Assembly (NCBI RefSeq): GCF_046119375.1
Contig: NW_027367524.1
Coordinates: 1-57,274 of the forward strand
DNA length: 57,274 nucleotides
Source: Phyllobates terribilis
Taxonomy: Eukaryota
Reading direction: 5' to 3'
Positions within the stretch are counted from its first letter, which is position 1; each line of letters begins with the position of its first letter. A program made the translations under genes and the position numbers. This document shows, piece after piece, positions 26,046-36,205 of the stretch. The notes beneath the pieces are model-generated. The model did not search any database. It worked only from the letters and a program-made list of their open reading frames with translations, and had not been told where the DNA came from.

Positions 26046-26222
26046 TAAGCTTCGACAAATAAAAAAAATTAAATACCTTTATAGCCGTTTGGGAGTGTAA
26101 AAAAAAATTAAAAACATATTTTTTGCCTCTATAAATACTAATTCACCCATTCTCATTCTTCACATCAACTACATTCTTCATATTCCATTACAAGAATCAC
26201 ATTCTCTCTAATTTTTTTGCAA

Positions 26223-26567
26223 ATGGATAACCGTGCCCCTTGGCCCCCGTCGGAGGAGATTTTAGAGCATCGAGCTGGGATTACCCGTCGTCTTTTTGAA
26301 GTGCATTACACTAGGGGTAACCCAAACGAGTGTCGAAGAGCGGGATATGTAATTATTTCTTGTAATCGTTGTCCGTGCAAGTATGAATGGAAGCTCGGTG
26401 GCGGATTCGGAACATTAATAAAGCATTTACGGGCCCGCCACATAGACGAGTGGACTTCAACAGTACTAGGAGTACCGCCACCGCCGCCGGTCGAGCCCGA
26501 GGCCGAGGGCGAGGTCAGCGAGGAGGACGAGGAGGAGGAGGACGAGGGGGCGCCGCCAACTGAATAA
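26223..26567 (+). CDS. Stand-alone BED zinc-finger protein with Pro/acidic tail (114 aa), second ORF of the hAT element
   Basis: ATG...TAA uninterrupted; CNRC..YEWKLGGGFGTLIKHLRARH; upstream TATAAATA and a CT-rich leader; AATAAA about 75 bp downstream. Confidence 0.75.
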   Translation: MDNRAPWPPSEEILEHRAGITRRLFEVHYTRGNPNECRRAGYVIISCNRCPCKYEWKLGGGFGTLIKHLRARHIDEWTSTVLGVPPPPPVEPEAEGEVSEEDEEEEDEGAPPTE

Positions 26568-27574
26568 TTGCATATTTGCATTTTAATATATTTGCATTTC
26601 AATATTTGCATTTCAATATTATTGTACTTGTTTTTAAATTCAATAAATTATATTTGCAGTTCGCATTCTAATATTATTTTTTCCATATTATTATTGTTGT
26701 TTTGGATTGTATGAAATTATTAATTATTATTCAAAACATGATTTTAAAACAAGTACACAATAATATTATTATTAATTTTTATTCAAAAGAATCAAAACAA
26801 GTACACAACAATTTAAGAATCAAAACATTAAATTAGTTTTAAAAATGAAAATACAATTTTTTAAAAAAAAATGGAGGCGGGGCCGGTTTGGAACCGGATG
26901 TACCGCCTCAGAACCGGCAGTTCCCGGAACCGGGGGACCGGGGGTTTACCACTGTACCCGGTTCCAGTTCCGGTTCCTGCTTCTCAGGAACCGGCCCACC
27001 TCTAGTCTACACCGAGCGTCCTGGCGATATCATCTTAGCTAAGCCCTTGACTGATGAGACCCTGCGCAAAATGAAGTTCATTAAGTCTGATGCAGGATGG
27101 ATGAGAGCTCCACAGCAGAGTCCAAAACAAGGGTCCTCGACACAGCTTCGCTTGCGTACTCTCCTGACTAGCCTACTCGAAGCCGCTGATCGACTAAGTG
27201 CTGAGATTGATTCAATGGCGTCTCCGGGTGTTGAGTCGGCAGAGAACTCCGATGCTGAGTAACTTGCTATCCTGCTTTCACGCTGATCCCTCAAACACCA
27301 CTCCCAGCTGTCAATCCCTATCCTCTTTTGTTTTTGCTTCTATGCTTTTGTGATTTGCTTGTCTGATTTACCTGAAACTTGGTTGTTGTGATGGATAATT
27401 TCTGAGGGTGTGCTTTCATGAGCAAGCCATCCTGGTATGTTCTTATGCCATGTTCTTTTTCTTGTCATATTTCTGCTTTATCCTTCTCATATCTTGCCTT
27501 TTTGATGATGCCAAAAGGGGGAAGGTTTCTGGGGATACTATTTTGAGAGGGAAGTCGCCTACTAGGTAGACTTG

Positions 27575-30500
27575 TGATAGGAGCTTATTATATGATGTAA
27601 CTAGCGACTATTAGCTTAGGATTAGTGGTGTTTAGGTGCTTATTGAGTGGTATTCCCGAAATCTAGTATGATTGTTCACTTATAGATTTGTGGGATGCTC
27701 TTAAGCGTTATTATGTCGTATTGCATTATGGAGATCCTATTTGTACTCACTTTTAGTGCATTTGGGACGGAGCTAGAGAGAAGACGACCACACCTACACC
27801 CATGGAGAGCTGAGAGGGGAAGCCGAGCTGCCTCAGAAGCTAGCAGAAGACGAAGACCAGTCCGAGAGAAGGTTTCAAGACGAAGACGAGCCAATTGAAG
27901 AAGTCTCGGTCGAAAGTTTCCCTCGAAGAAGATGTAGCGGTCGTGACTATAAAGTAGCGATCGCGACTTTGGCTCGACATGGATGTAGTGATCGCGACCC
28001 AGAAGTAGCGACCGCGACTTGAGACATTCCTGAGAGATTAGTGAAAAGTAGCGACCGCGACCCTGAAGGTAGCGACCGCGACCCTGAAGGTAGCGACCGC
28101 GACTTTTGGCGGACCCGGCCCAAATTGCAGATTTAAGCCCGGGATTTATCAGATTTTATTAGTTTTCCCATTTTATTCATTTATTCATAGTTATTTTATT
28201 CCTTAGAGGTTGGACCCTATATATACCTCTAGTTTTTAGGTTAGATTAGATCTTTTTGCCACTTTACAATTAGTTCTTAGAAATTCAGCCACCAAGAGGA
28301 AAGCTGCCACCTTTCTACCATCTTCTACCTTCAATCCTGGTTAGTTTATCCATCATCATGTATAGCTTTCTCTTGGCTATGCCTGGCTAAGTTCCTACGA
28401 GTTCACTCTTAGGTTGAGGCCCTTATTCTAGGAATTGTTTGTGAGAATTCTATGTTTATGTTCTAATATAATAATTTCAGCATTGTTTTATTTTCTCTTA
28501 TGCTTATTGTCATTGATTGGTATTGATTTTATCTAGGTTCGAAACTAGGTAGATTTATATTCATTCATACTGCTAGGCTTGATAATTCGATTTGAAAAGT
28601 CTTGTCTTTTAGGTAGCAAACAGAATTAGCATAGACTATTTGCGAGTGCTTCTTTTGTAGAGATTATAAACCTGTGTCGAGTATCGGTGATTTGCCAATG
28701 GTATTGCATAGGCTTACATATCTTTGATCTTTATGCTGTTGAGTAGTTGAACCTTAGGATTTCTTTGGTTATTGCATACAACAAGGGTTTCTAGGACTAT
28801 TTGGACTAGTTGCTATTTACGAACAAAGAGTAGGACAACTAGATTATTTATTTAAAAGAACATAACTTTATTAGAATTCGATGATCAACTTTCCATAAGA
28901 ATAATGTGCTGAGACTGAAAGAGTGAGCTTTTTATTGTTATAAGTTTACAAAAAATCCAACAATTTTCGGTTACTATTGCTTTCACAAATTTACAAACCA
29001 AAACCCGCTTTGTTACTTTTGGTAACACGCTTGAAAGAAACTATCGTTGTGGCTCCCTGTGGAATCGACTCCGACTTACCTCTTAACTAGTGGATAGTAG
29101 TTGGATTTATCTTTGACAGGACCAACGACCGGTAAAACGCCTGTCAAATTTTGGCGCCGTTGCCGGGGAGCCAACTGTCATAGTTTGTTTCTTTGTGTGT
29201 TATCTTGGTGTGGACCTATCTTATGGTCCACACACGAGCCACTAATTCAAATTTATTTGATTTTATTCCAGAGATAGAGCGGGTGCATCTACGCAATCTA
29301 CGACAATCTCTACAGAATTTAGTAATCGAATCAATGGCGGCCAGAACGTTGAGAGAGCTTACAGACCCAGATCTGACGCAACAATGTCTAGGAGTGACGC
29401 CACCTGCCCTGAATAATGGCGTCACGTTCGAACTTAAGACCGGCTTCATCAACTTATTGCTGAAGTTTCATAGATCAGCTGGAGAAGACCCAATTATGCA
29501 TTTAAGCGAGTTCCACGACATCTGCAGCTGCAGCAAACCAAATAATGTCACCGACGAGCAAATCAAGATGAGAGCCTTCGGTCTTACGCTAAAAGACAGC
29601 GCACGCCAGTGGTATTACTTGCTGCCCACCGGAAGTATCGACACATGGGAGAAGCTTCACAAAGCCTTCCTCAACAAATATTTCCCGTCCAAGAAGGCGG
29701 TTGCACTAAAAAGGGCGATAGCAATGGTGGAACAGCAGGACGCTGAGACGTTATATGACTACGTGGAGAGGTTCGTAAGACTGTGTGCGAGCTGCCCATT
29801 TCATGGCTTCGAGGAGAAGGACCTGGTAACCCACCTTTATAATGGGTTGTTAGATAATGAGAGACGATTGGTGGATGTTGCGTGCAACGGGAGCGTGCTG
29901 AATTTGACTCCCGTCGAAGCCAGAGCGCGATTGAACGAGATTGTCGAGGGCACGAGGAGCTTCGGAAGGACGTATGCACGAAAGGGAGCCAATGTTGTGA
30001 GCTCCGGAAAGCCGGAATGGAAGAGCGAGATAGCTGAGCTCAAGAGTATGATAAAGAGCCTCGCCGTTGGTAATGCCAAGCCTGCGAGAGTTTGCGGTAT
30101 TTGTGCAGACGAGACCCATCCCACCGATATGTGTCCACAGCTCCAGGACCAGACTATCGCAGAGGTGCACGTTGTAGGAGGATTCGGACCTCCCCGTCCT
30201 CGCTTCGAGAACAACAATAATAATTACAACCAGCGAGAGGGAAACTACAATCCGAGGGGGAATGACCATCCCGAATTTAGGTGGGGAGATTCATCCGGGG
30301 CGCAGAACAGGCCGCTCCAATTCAACAATCAATACCGTGCGCCATACCAACCGAGGAATGAGGATCCATCGATGAGGGAGATGATCGAGTCCTTGTCCAA
30401 GCATTTCACAGCCCACGTGCAAACAACGGAGTCAAGTATAAGGAGCTTAGAGAAGCAAGCGGCGCAAATAGCGGAGGCGGTGAACAATCTTCAACAGCAG

Positions 30501-33500
30501 GGATCGGGAAAGTTACCATCTCAGGCCGTGGCAGCACCGCGAGAAAATGTAAGTGTCATCTCGACTGTAGGAGAGCTAAGGCCCGATGAAAAGGAGACGG
30601 AGGACGAATCTGTAGAAAAGTCACGACCGCTACACGAGAGTCACAACCGCAACATTCACCCCGAGAGAAACTCGCGATCGCTACACCAGATTCTCGACCG
30701 CAACATTGGCTTCGAGGAGAACTCGCGACCGCGACTCAAAAGTAGCGATCGAGAAGGCGGTGATCCAAAAATTTCCGAAAAGAGTAGCGACCGCGACATT
30801 GATTCTCGACCGCGACTTTCTGACAATGACGTTCGAGAGGACGAAGCGATCCTCAAGAGGTTCGGGAAGTGCCAGGGAAACAAATATCTACTCCAACTCG
30901 CCAAAAAGGTACCCCGCTTTGCTACGCGTTTGAAAGAGATGTGCACTAAGAAAGCAACCAAGAAGCTGCAAGGGAGGCAGCATGTCCAGGTAAGCGGAAG
31001 GGTCTCCGCAGCCATTCAACCGACAATGGCTACTAAGCGTGCGGACCCGGGAATGGTAACCATCCCGTGTACCATAGGTACAACTAAAATTGATAAAGCC
31101 ATGTTGGATTTAGGAGCCTCGATAAATGTCCTACCTTACTCAATTTATGAATTATTAAATCTAAGACGCATGAGTAAAACAGGAATAGTTTTGCAATTAG
31201 CCGATGGATCGACGATCTACCCGAGAGGATTGGTCGAAGATGTGTTGTTTCAAGTAGAAAACCTTGTATTTCCTGCAGATTTCTATGTTCTGGATGATAA
31301 ATATGAGAAGCATACCACACATGTCCTGCTAGGTAGACCGTTTATGCGGACGTCTAAGACTAAGATAGATTTAGATACCGGGGCGCTGACGCTCGGATTT
31401 AATGGGGAAGTTGTTAAATTCAATATATTTGGTACTAAGACACAACCCCTAGATGAAAGCTCTGTGTTTTGCATAAATGATGTCATAAAAATTTCCGAGC
31501 TTGGAACTAATGCTGTTTTGGGAAGTGGCCCCACCTCGATAACCAAACAGGAAAAGAAACCTGCTAAAACTGTTGCACAGGTACCCAAGAAAGCGAAAGG
31601 AAAGGCAAAAGGTCGAGCCAAGAACAAGAGTGGGGAGAAGAAAACGGAGAAGAAACCCAAACAAGTGTGGGTAGTGAAAGAGGATAATGTCTAAGGTTCA
31701 AACCTTTCCATCCATGGTTTAAGAAATTACTGCTAGACGATGCGATCCGTAAAGGATTGAAAAACGTTGAATGAGTTGTTGTATATCGTGCCGCGACATT
31801 AAATAAGGCGCTAACCGGGAGGCAACCCGGAGGATTTTTACTAACCTTAATCCCATTTGTTTGTTTTGTTTGTGTCATTAGAGAGTCTAAGGAGTCAGCA
31901 GGGAGAAGCTATTTGTGGAGTAAAACCGACTAAACCCCCAAAATCACTCAAGTCACGATCGCGACCCGATAAGTCTCGACCGCGACTTTACCCCCAAGGA
32001 GAAGTAGCGGTTGCGACCCGATAAGTCTCGACCGAGACGACGATCCCCGACTTTGCGAAAAAAAATTCCGAAAAATGTCTCGACCGCGACTCGGTTGTCT
32101 CGACCGTGATCGGAGGCGTCGACGCGGCAAAGTGATCGCGGTATTTCCCCCTTCCCTATGTTATGAGGTCCTCTTTTGCTGCATTGAGGACAATGCGTTG
32201 TTCAAGTATGGGGAGGGAATTACCGTACCGAGGAGGAGGTTTATGTGTTTTGTTTTCTATCTTTCTTACTTTTTTTCTGCTGAACTGTTTGGAGTCGTAT
32301 TTCGATCGAGTCTGTACGAACTTATTTACTTGTTTTGAACTCTTGCATCGTTTTATATTTAAAAAAACCAAAGGAGAGTAAAAAAGGAATAGATCAAAAA
32401 GGGGGGCTCCTACAAAAAAAAACGAAAAAGAGACGAAAAAAATCGAAAAAGTCACGAAAAATAAAAGAATAAAAACCAGGCAAGCAAAAAAAGGATTAAA
32501 AAGGAAAAGGTTGGTGCCTGAAAAAAATAAAGAAAAGAAAAGAATAGTTCCTCCCACTTAGATTTTGGTGAAAACCCGAAAGGGCGCCGGAATTACATTG
32601 TTTTGTGATTGATTTATTAATTGCATATCTAAATGGCACAGGAGACATAAGAAGGGAGTAAAAGGATGTCTCGGGTTTCTAGGATTCACCAAGGAGGTAT
32701 AAGGAGTTAGTTTAGCCTTTTATATCTCTTATTTATGAGCTTATTGTATCCACGCTTTGCATATCTACCATTCCATTAGTTTATTAGGATGCTTTATATA
32801 TATATTATCGGCGGTTGAGTTAGATTCTAGGATTAGTTCACTATTTCTTGGAGTTTGATGCATACTGTTGTGGTTGTATGATGCAGAATTTTAAATTAGG
32901 ATTGGTGGTTGTGATTTGTGGATTTATCATATTATCTAGTGGTTTAGGACATTACTCGAAGAGGAGGAATAAGAAGTGTATAAGCGAGTGGGAGACTCGA
33001 TTTTATTCTTATTTATGTCATATCTATGTACCCTTACCCTTAGAGGAGAATAGGATTCCACTTGTGCTTAAAAGCACATCACTTTGTTCGATTATTATTA
33101 TTGCTATGGAGTGGTGTCATATGAAGGTGGAGAGATAAGGAGGGTTTTTGGGTAGGATATCTCGGAGACATAAGGAGATAGATCGGAGTATGTTGCTTAC
33201 ATACACTTTGGAGTTTGGAGTATAGTCGCTAGCAGATTTTCTCTACATTTACTGTAGACCTTTGTGCTTTTTAGGAGGAGTGAGTTTTATTTTGCTTACT
33301 CGAGGACGAGCAAGGTTTAAGTGTGGGGAGGTTTGATAGGAGCTTATTATATGGTGTAACTAGCGACTATTAGCTTAGGATTAGTGGTGTTTAGGTGCTT
33401 ATTGAGTGGTATTCCCGGAATCTAGTATGATTGTTCACTTATAGATTTGCGGGATGCTCTTAAGCGTTATTATGTCGTATTATATTATGGAGATCCTATT

Positions 33501-34905
33501 TGTACTCACTTTTAGTGCATTTGGGACGGAGCTAGAGAGAAGACGACCACACCTACACCCATGGAGAGCTGAGAGGCGAAGCCGAGCTGCCTCGGAAGCT
33601 TGCAGAAGACGAAGACCAGTCCGAGAGAAGGTTTCAAGATGAAGACGAGCCAAGATGAAGAAGTCTCGGTCGAGACTTTGGAGTCTCGGTCGAGAATTTC
33701 CCTCAAAGAAGAAGTAGCGGTCGTGACTATAAAGTAGCGATCGCGACTTTGCCTCGACATGGATGTAGCGATCGCGACCCAGAAGTAGCGACCGCGACTT
33801 GAGACATTCCTGAGAGATTGATTAAAAGTAGCGACCGCGACCCTGAAGGTAGCGACCGCGACTTTTGGTGGACCCGGCCCAAATTGCAAATTTAAGCCCA
33901 GGATTTATCAGATTTTATTAGTTTTTCCCATTTTATTCATTTATCCTTAGTTATTTTATTCCTTAGAGGTTGGACCCTATATATACCTCTAGTTTTTAGG
34001 TTAGATTAGATCTTTTTGCCACTTTACAATTAGTTCTTAGAAATTCAGCCACCAAGAAGAAAGCTGCCACCTTTCTACCATCTTCTAACTTAATCCTGGT
34101 TAGTTTATCCATCATCATGTATAGCTTTCTCTTGCCTATGTCTGGCTAAGTTCCTACGAGTTCACTCTTAGGTTGAGGCCATTATTCTAGGAATTGTTTA
34201 TGAGAATTCTATGTTTATGTTCTAATATAATAATTTCAGCATTGTTTTATTTTCTCTTGTGCTTATTGTCATTGATTGGTATTGATTTTATCTAAGTTCG
34301 AAACTAGGTAGATTTATATTCATTCATACTGCTAGGGTTGATAATTCGATTTGAAAAGTCTTGTCTTTTAGGTAGCAAACAGAATTAACATAGACTATTT
34401 GCGAGTGCTTCTTTTGTAGAGATTATAAACCTGTGTCGAGTATCGGTGATTTGTCAATGGTATTGCATAGGCCTACATATCTTTGATCTTTATGCTGTTG
34501 AGTAGTTGAACCTTAGGATTTCTTTGGTTATTGCATACAACAAGGGTTTCTAGGATTATTTGGACTAGTTGCTATTTACGAACTAAGAGTAGGACAACTA
34601 GATTATTTATTTAAAAGAACATAACTTTATTAGAATTCGATGATCAACTTTCTATAAGAATAATGTGCTGAGACTGAAAGAGTGAGCTTTTTATTGTTAT
34701 AAATTTACAAAAAATCCAACAATTTTCGGTTACTATTGCTTTCACAAATTTACAAACCAAAACCCCCTTTGTTACTTTTGGTAACACGCTTGAAAGAAAC
34801 TATCGTTGTGGCTCCCTGTGGAATCGACTCCGACTTACCGCTTAACTAGTGGATAGTAGTTGGATTTATCTTTGACAGGACCAACGACCGGTAAAACGCC
34901 TGTCA
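27575..34905 (+). mobile_element. Ty3/gypsy Athila-type non-autonomous LTR retrotransposon (gag + protease only)
   Basis: LTRs at 27575-29146 and 33334-34905 (1572 bp each, TG...CA), 5-bp TSD ACTTG, tRNA-Asp-type PBS TGGCGCCGTTGCCGGGGA (29152-29169), PPT at 33319-33333. Confidence 0.96.
29223..31694 (+). CDS. Athila gag-aspartic protease polyprotein (823 aa), no RT/RH/INT
   Basis: Open ORF: MVHTRA...FIPEIER, gag (EDPIMHLSEF; TWEKLHKAFLNKYFP), CGIC...H..C knuckle, protease AMLDLGASIN / LLGRPFMRT, Lys-rich tail. Confidence 0.88.
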   Translation: MVHTRATNSNLFDFIPEIERVHLRNLRQSLQNLVIESMAARTLRELTDPDLTQQCLGVTPPALNNGVTFELKTGFINLLLKFHRSAGEDPIMHLSEFHDICSCSKPNNVTDEQIKMRAFGLTLKDSARQWYYLLPTGSIDTWEKLHKAFLNKYFPSKKAVALKRAIAMVEQQDAETLYDYVERFVRLCASCPFHGFEEKDLVTHLYNGLLDNERRLVDVACNGSVLNLTPVEARARLNEIVEGTRSFGRTYARKGANVVSSGKPEWKSEIAELKSMIKSLAVGNAKPARVCGICADETHPTDMCPQLQDQTIAEVHVVGGFGPPRPRFENNNNNYNQREGNYNPRGNDHPEFRWGDSSGAQNRPLQFNNQYRAPYQPRNEDPSMREMIESLSKHFTAHVQTTESSIRSLEKQAAQIAEAVNNLQQQGSGKLPSQAVAAPRENVSVISTVGELRPDEKETEDESVEKSRPLHESHNRNIHPERNSRSLHQILDRNIGFEENSRPRLKSSDREGGDPKISEKSSDRDIDSRPRLSDNDVREDEAILKRFGKCQGNKYLLQLAKKVPRFATRLKEMCTKKATKKLQGRQHVQVSGRVSAAIQPTMATKRADPGMVTIPCTIGTTKIDKAMLDLGASINVLPYSIYELLNLRRMSKTGIVLQLADGSTIYPRGLVEDVLFQVENLVFPADFYVLDDKYEKHTTHVLLGRPFMRTSKTKIDLDTGALTLGFNGEVVKFNIFGTKTQPLDESSVFCINDVIKISELGTNAVLGSGPTSITKQEKKPAKTVAQVPKKAKGKAKGRAKNKSGEKKTEKKPKQVWVVKEDNV

Positions 34906-35020
34906 ACTTGCGTAAGACGTTTAGGGGGAACTAGCTAGTATCTATATGACATCCTTTTTATTGCCTTAGCTATATTCTTAAAATGTTTAAAGTGTTTGTC
35001 ACCATCAAAAATGGGGAATT

Positions 35021-35820
35021 TGTTAAGGGTTCCTTAGTTTTGATGTTGACAATCACTTCCTAACTCCCTTACCTGAGTGTCATATGCAGTTGCAATTTTA
35101 GGGAAGTTTCCTTACTAGGAAACTTTCCATATCAGGGAAGCGACTTTGAAACCAAAGATTAATCTTTCCATATAGAATAGGAAACCGGTTAAGAAAGCGA
35201 TATGCAATTAAAAGGATTACGAAGGATCAAATCTATCAAGACAAACGGACTAAGACGCGTTGAACAAGAATATCTTTGGAAAAGATATTCGGACGGAAAA
35301 GATATATTATATCTAAACAAACGGTTAAGTGATGTAAAACAAAGATATTCTTGGAGAAGATACTCAGACGCAAAAGAGAGAAGATCTAAGTGTTGGGCCA
35401 GCTAAAAGGGTAACAAGATAGAGTATCGATACGTATCTTGGTGCGTAGCTATTTAGTATAAATAGACGAAGTCATTTCTATGTATGTGCGCGTGAAAAGA
35501 GAGAAGAAAAGATAGGCTAATAGGTTAAGAGATTTATACACTTGTAAGGGTTGAGTTTGTGTACGAGAGAGAGAAGAGTGACTTAGATTAGTCCGAGTTC
35601 TCTATTTTGTAACGAACAAGACATCTAATAAAAGAGTGTGTGTGTTTCAAATCCTTCTAGTGAAGAACTAGAATGTAGTAGTTTTACTCAATACTATTTG
35701 GTGTTGAGGTTTCCACTATAAATACCGTGTTAAGCTTTCACATAAATACGTTTCCGCTGAAACAGATTTAGGGAAGTGACAGTCGCTTCCTTGAATCGAC
35801 TACGTCACAACAATCCAAAA
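35021..35820 (+). repeat. 3' LTR of SIRE element
   Basis: Direct repeat of 14373-15176 with scattered substitutions and small indels, preceded by a PPT; terminal CA reads AA. Confidence 0.92.
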
Positions 35821-36023
35821 AAAACAATTCGATCGGTCAATCACAACACACAACCAATTTATCTTAGATACCACTGACCTAGAACGATCGGCTTTTCGAT
35901 TTTATCAATTCAATATTTCGGCCAACAAGCCTCCGAAGAATAAGACAAGTGTCAGTCATACAATTCCACAAGTTACATGAGGGTTTGTCGAAAGCACGAG
36001 ATTAGACGAGCGTGTCACTCAGC

Positions 36024-36029
36024 TATAAA
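36024..36029 (+). promoter_or_regulatory. Putative TATA box of the PEBP gene
   Basis: TATAAA about 180 bp upstream of the ATG at 36206. Confidence 0.5.
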
Positions 36030-36205
36030 CCCCGCCCCCATGCACCAATCATTTACCAACACCCGAAGTTAATGAAGTTGCAGCCAGAAATCGAATTAAT
36101 AGAGACGAATTTCCAGCAGATCAGGTGCAAGAGCAGCACAACAGTGATCAGATCATCAACTATTCCTGCAAGAACAAACAGCTAGCAACTTGAAACTCGA
36201 ATTAC

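Larger units (their letters stand above)
22606..27004. mobile_element. hAT DNA transposon (4.4 kb)
   Basis: TIRs TAGAGATGG / CCACCTCTA, perfect 8-bp TSD GTCTACAC (22598-22605 and 27005-27012), AACCGG/GGTTCC subterminal arrays at both ends. Confidence 0.95.
21238..27262 (+). pseudogene. SIRE extra (env-like) ORF split by the hAT insertion (pieces 21238-22605 and 27013-27262)
   Basis: Pro/Ser-rich N-terminus, then a plant-transposon-protein-like region (SRELGLMLNVP...RVLHLLVMSNVIP...ISLPRII). Removing the hAT and one TSD copy rejoins ...YHEVYTERPGDIILAKPLTDETLRKMKF. Confidence 0.75.
14373..35820 (+). mobile_element. Ty1/copia SIRE (Sirevirus)-type LTR retrotransposon with nested hAT and Athila insertions
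   Basis: Paired LTRs of about 800 bp, Met-i PBS, gag with two CCHC knuckles, PR-INT-RT-RH order, RT YVDDIIF, extra 3' ORF, multiple PPT-like tracts (27510-27522, 35008-35020). Putative TSD aaaat/aaaac. Confidence 0.92.

Noticed and set aside
26306-26611. Antisense poly-Ser ORF
   Set aside because: Mirror of the Glu/Pro-rich codons of the BED ORF on the plus strand.
27695-27898. Short ORFs in the Athila LTRs (also 33454-33642) and in the SIRE LTR (35202-35405)
   Set aside because: They lie in LTR sequence, have different lengths in the paired LTRs and show no protein motifs.
27900-28105. Regularly spaced repeats as a CRISPR-like array
   Set aside because: Eukaryotic LTR sub-repeats with degenerate units and no unique spacers or cas genes.
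35860-35880. PBS-like TGGTATC on the minus strand (ttagatacca)
   Set aside because: Poor match beyond 7 nt and no associated LTR or coding region; the region is better explained as the PEBP promoter.
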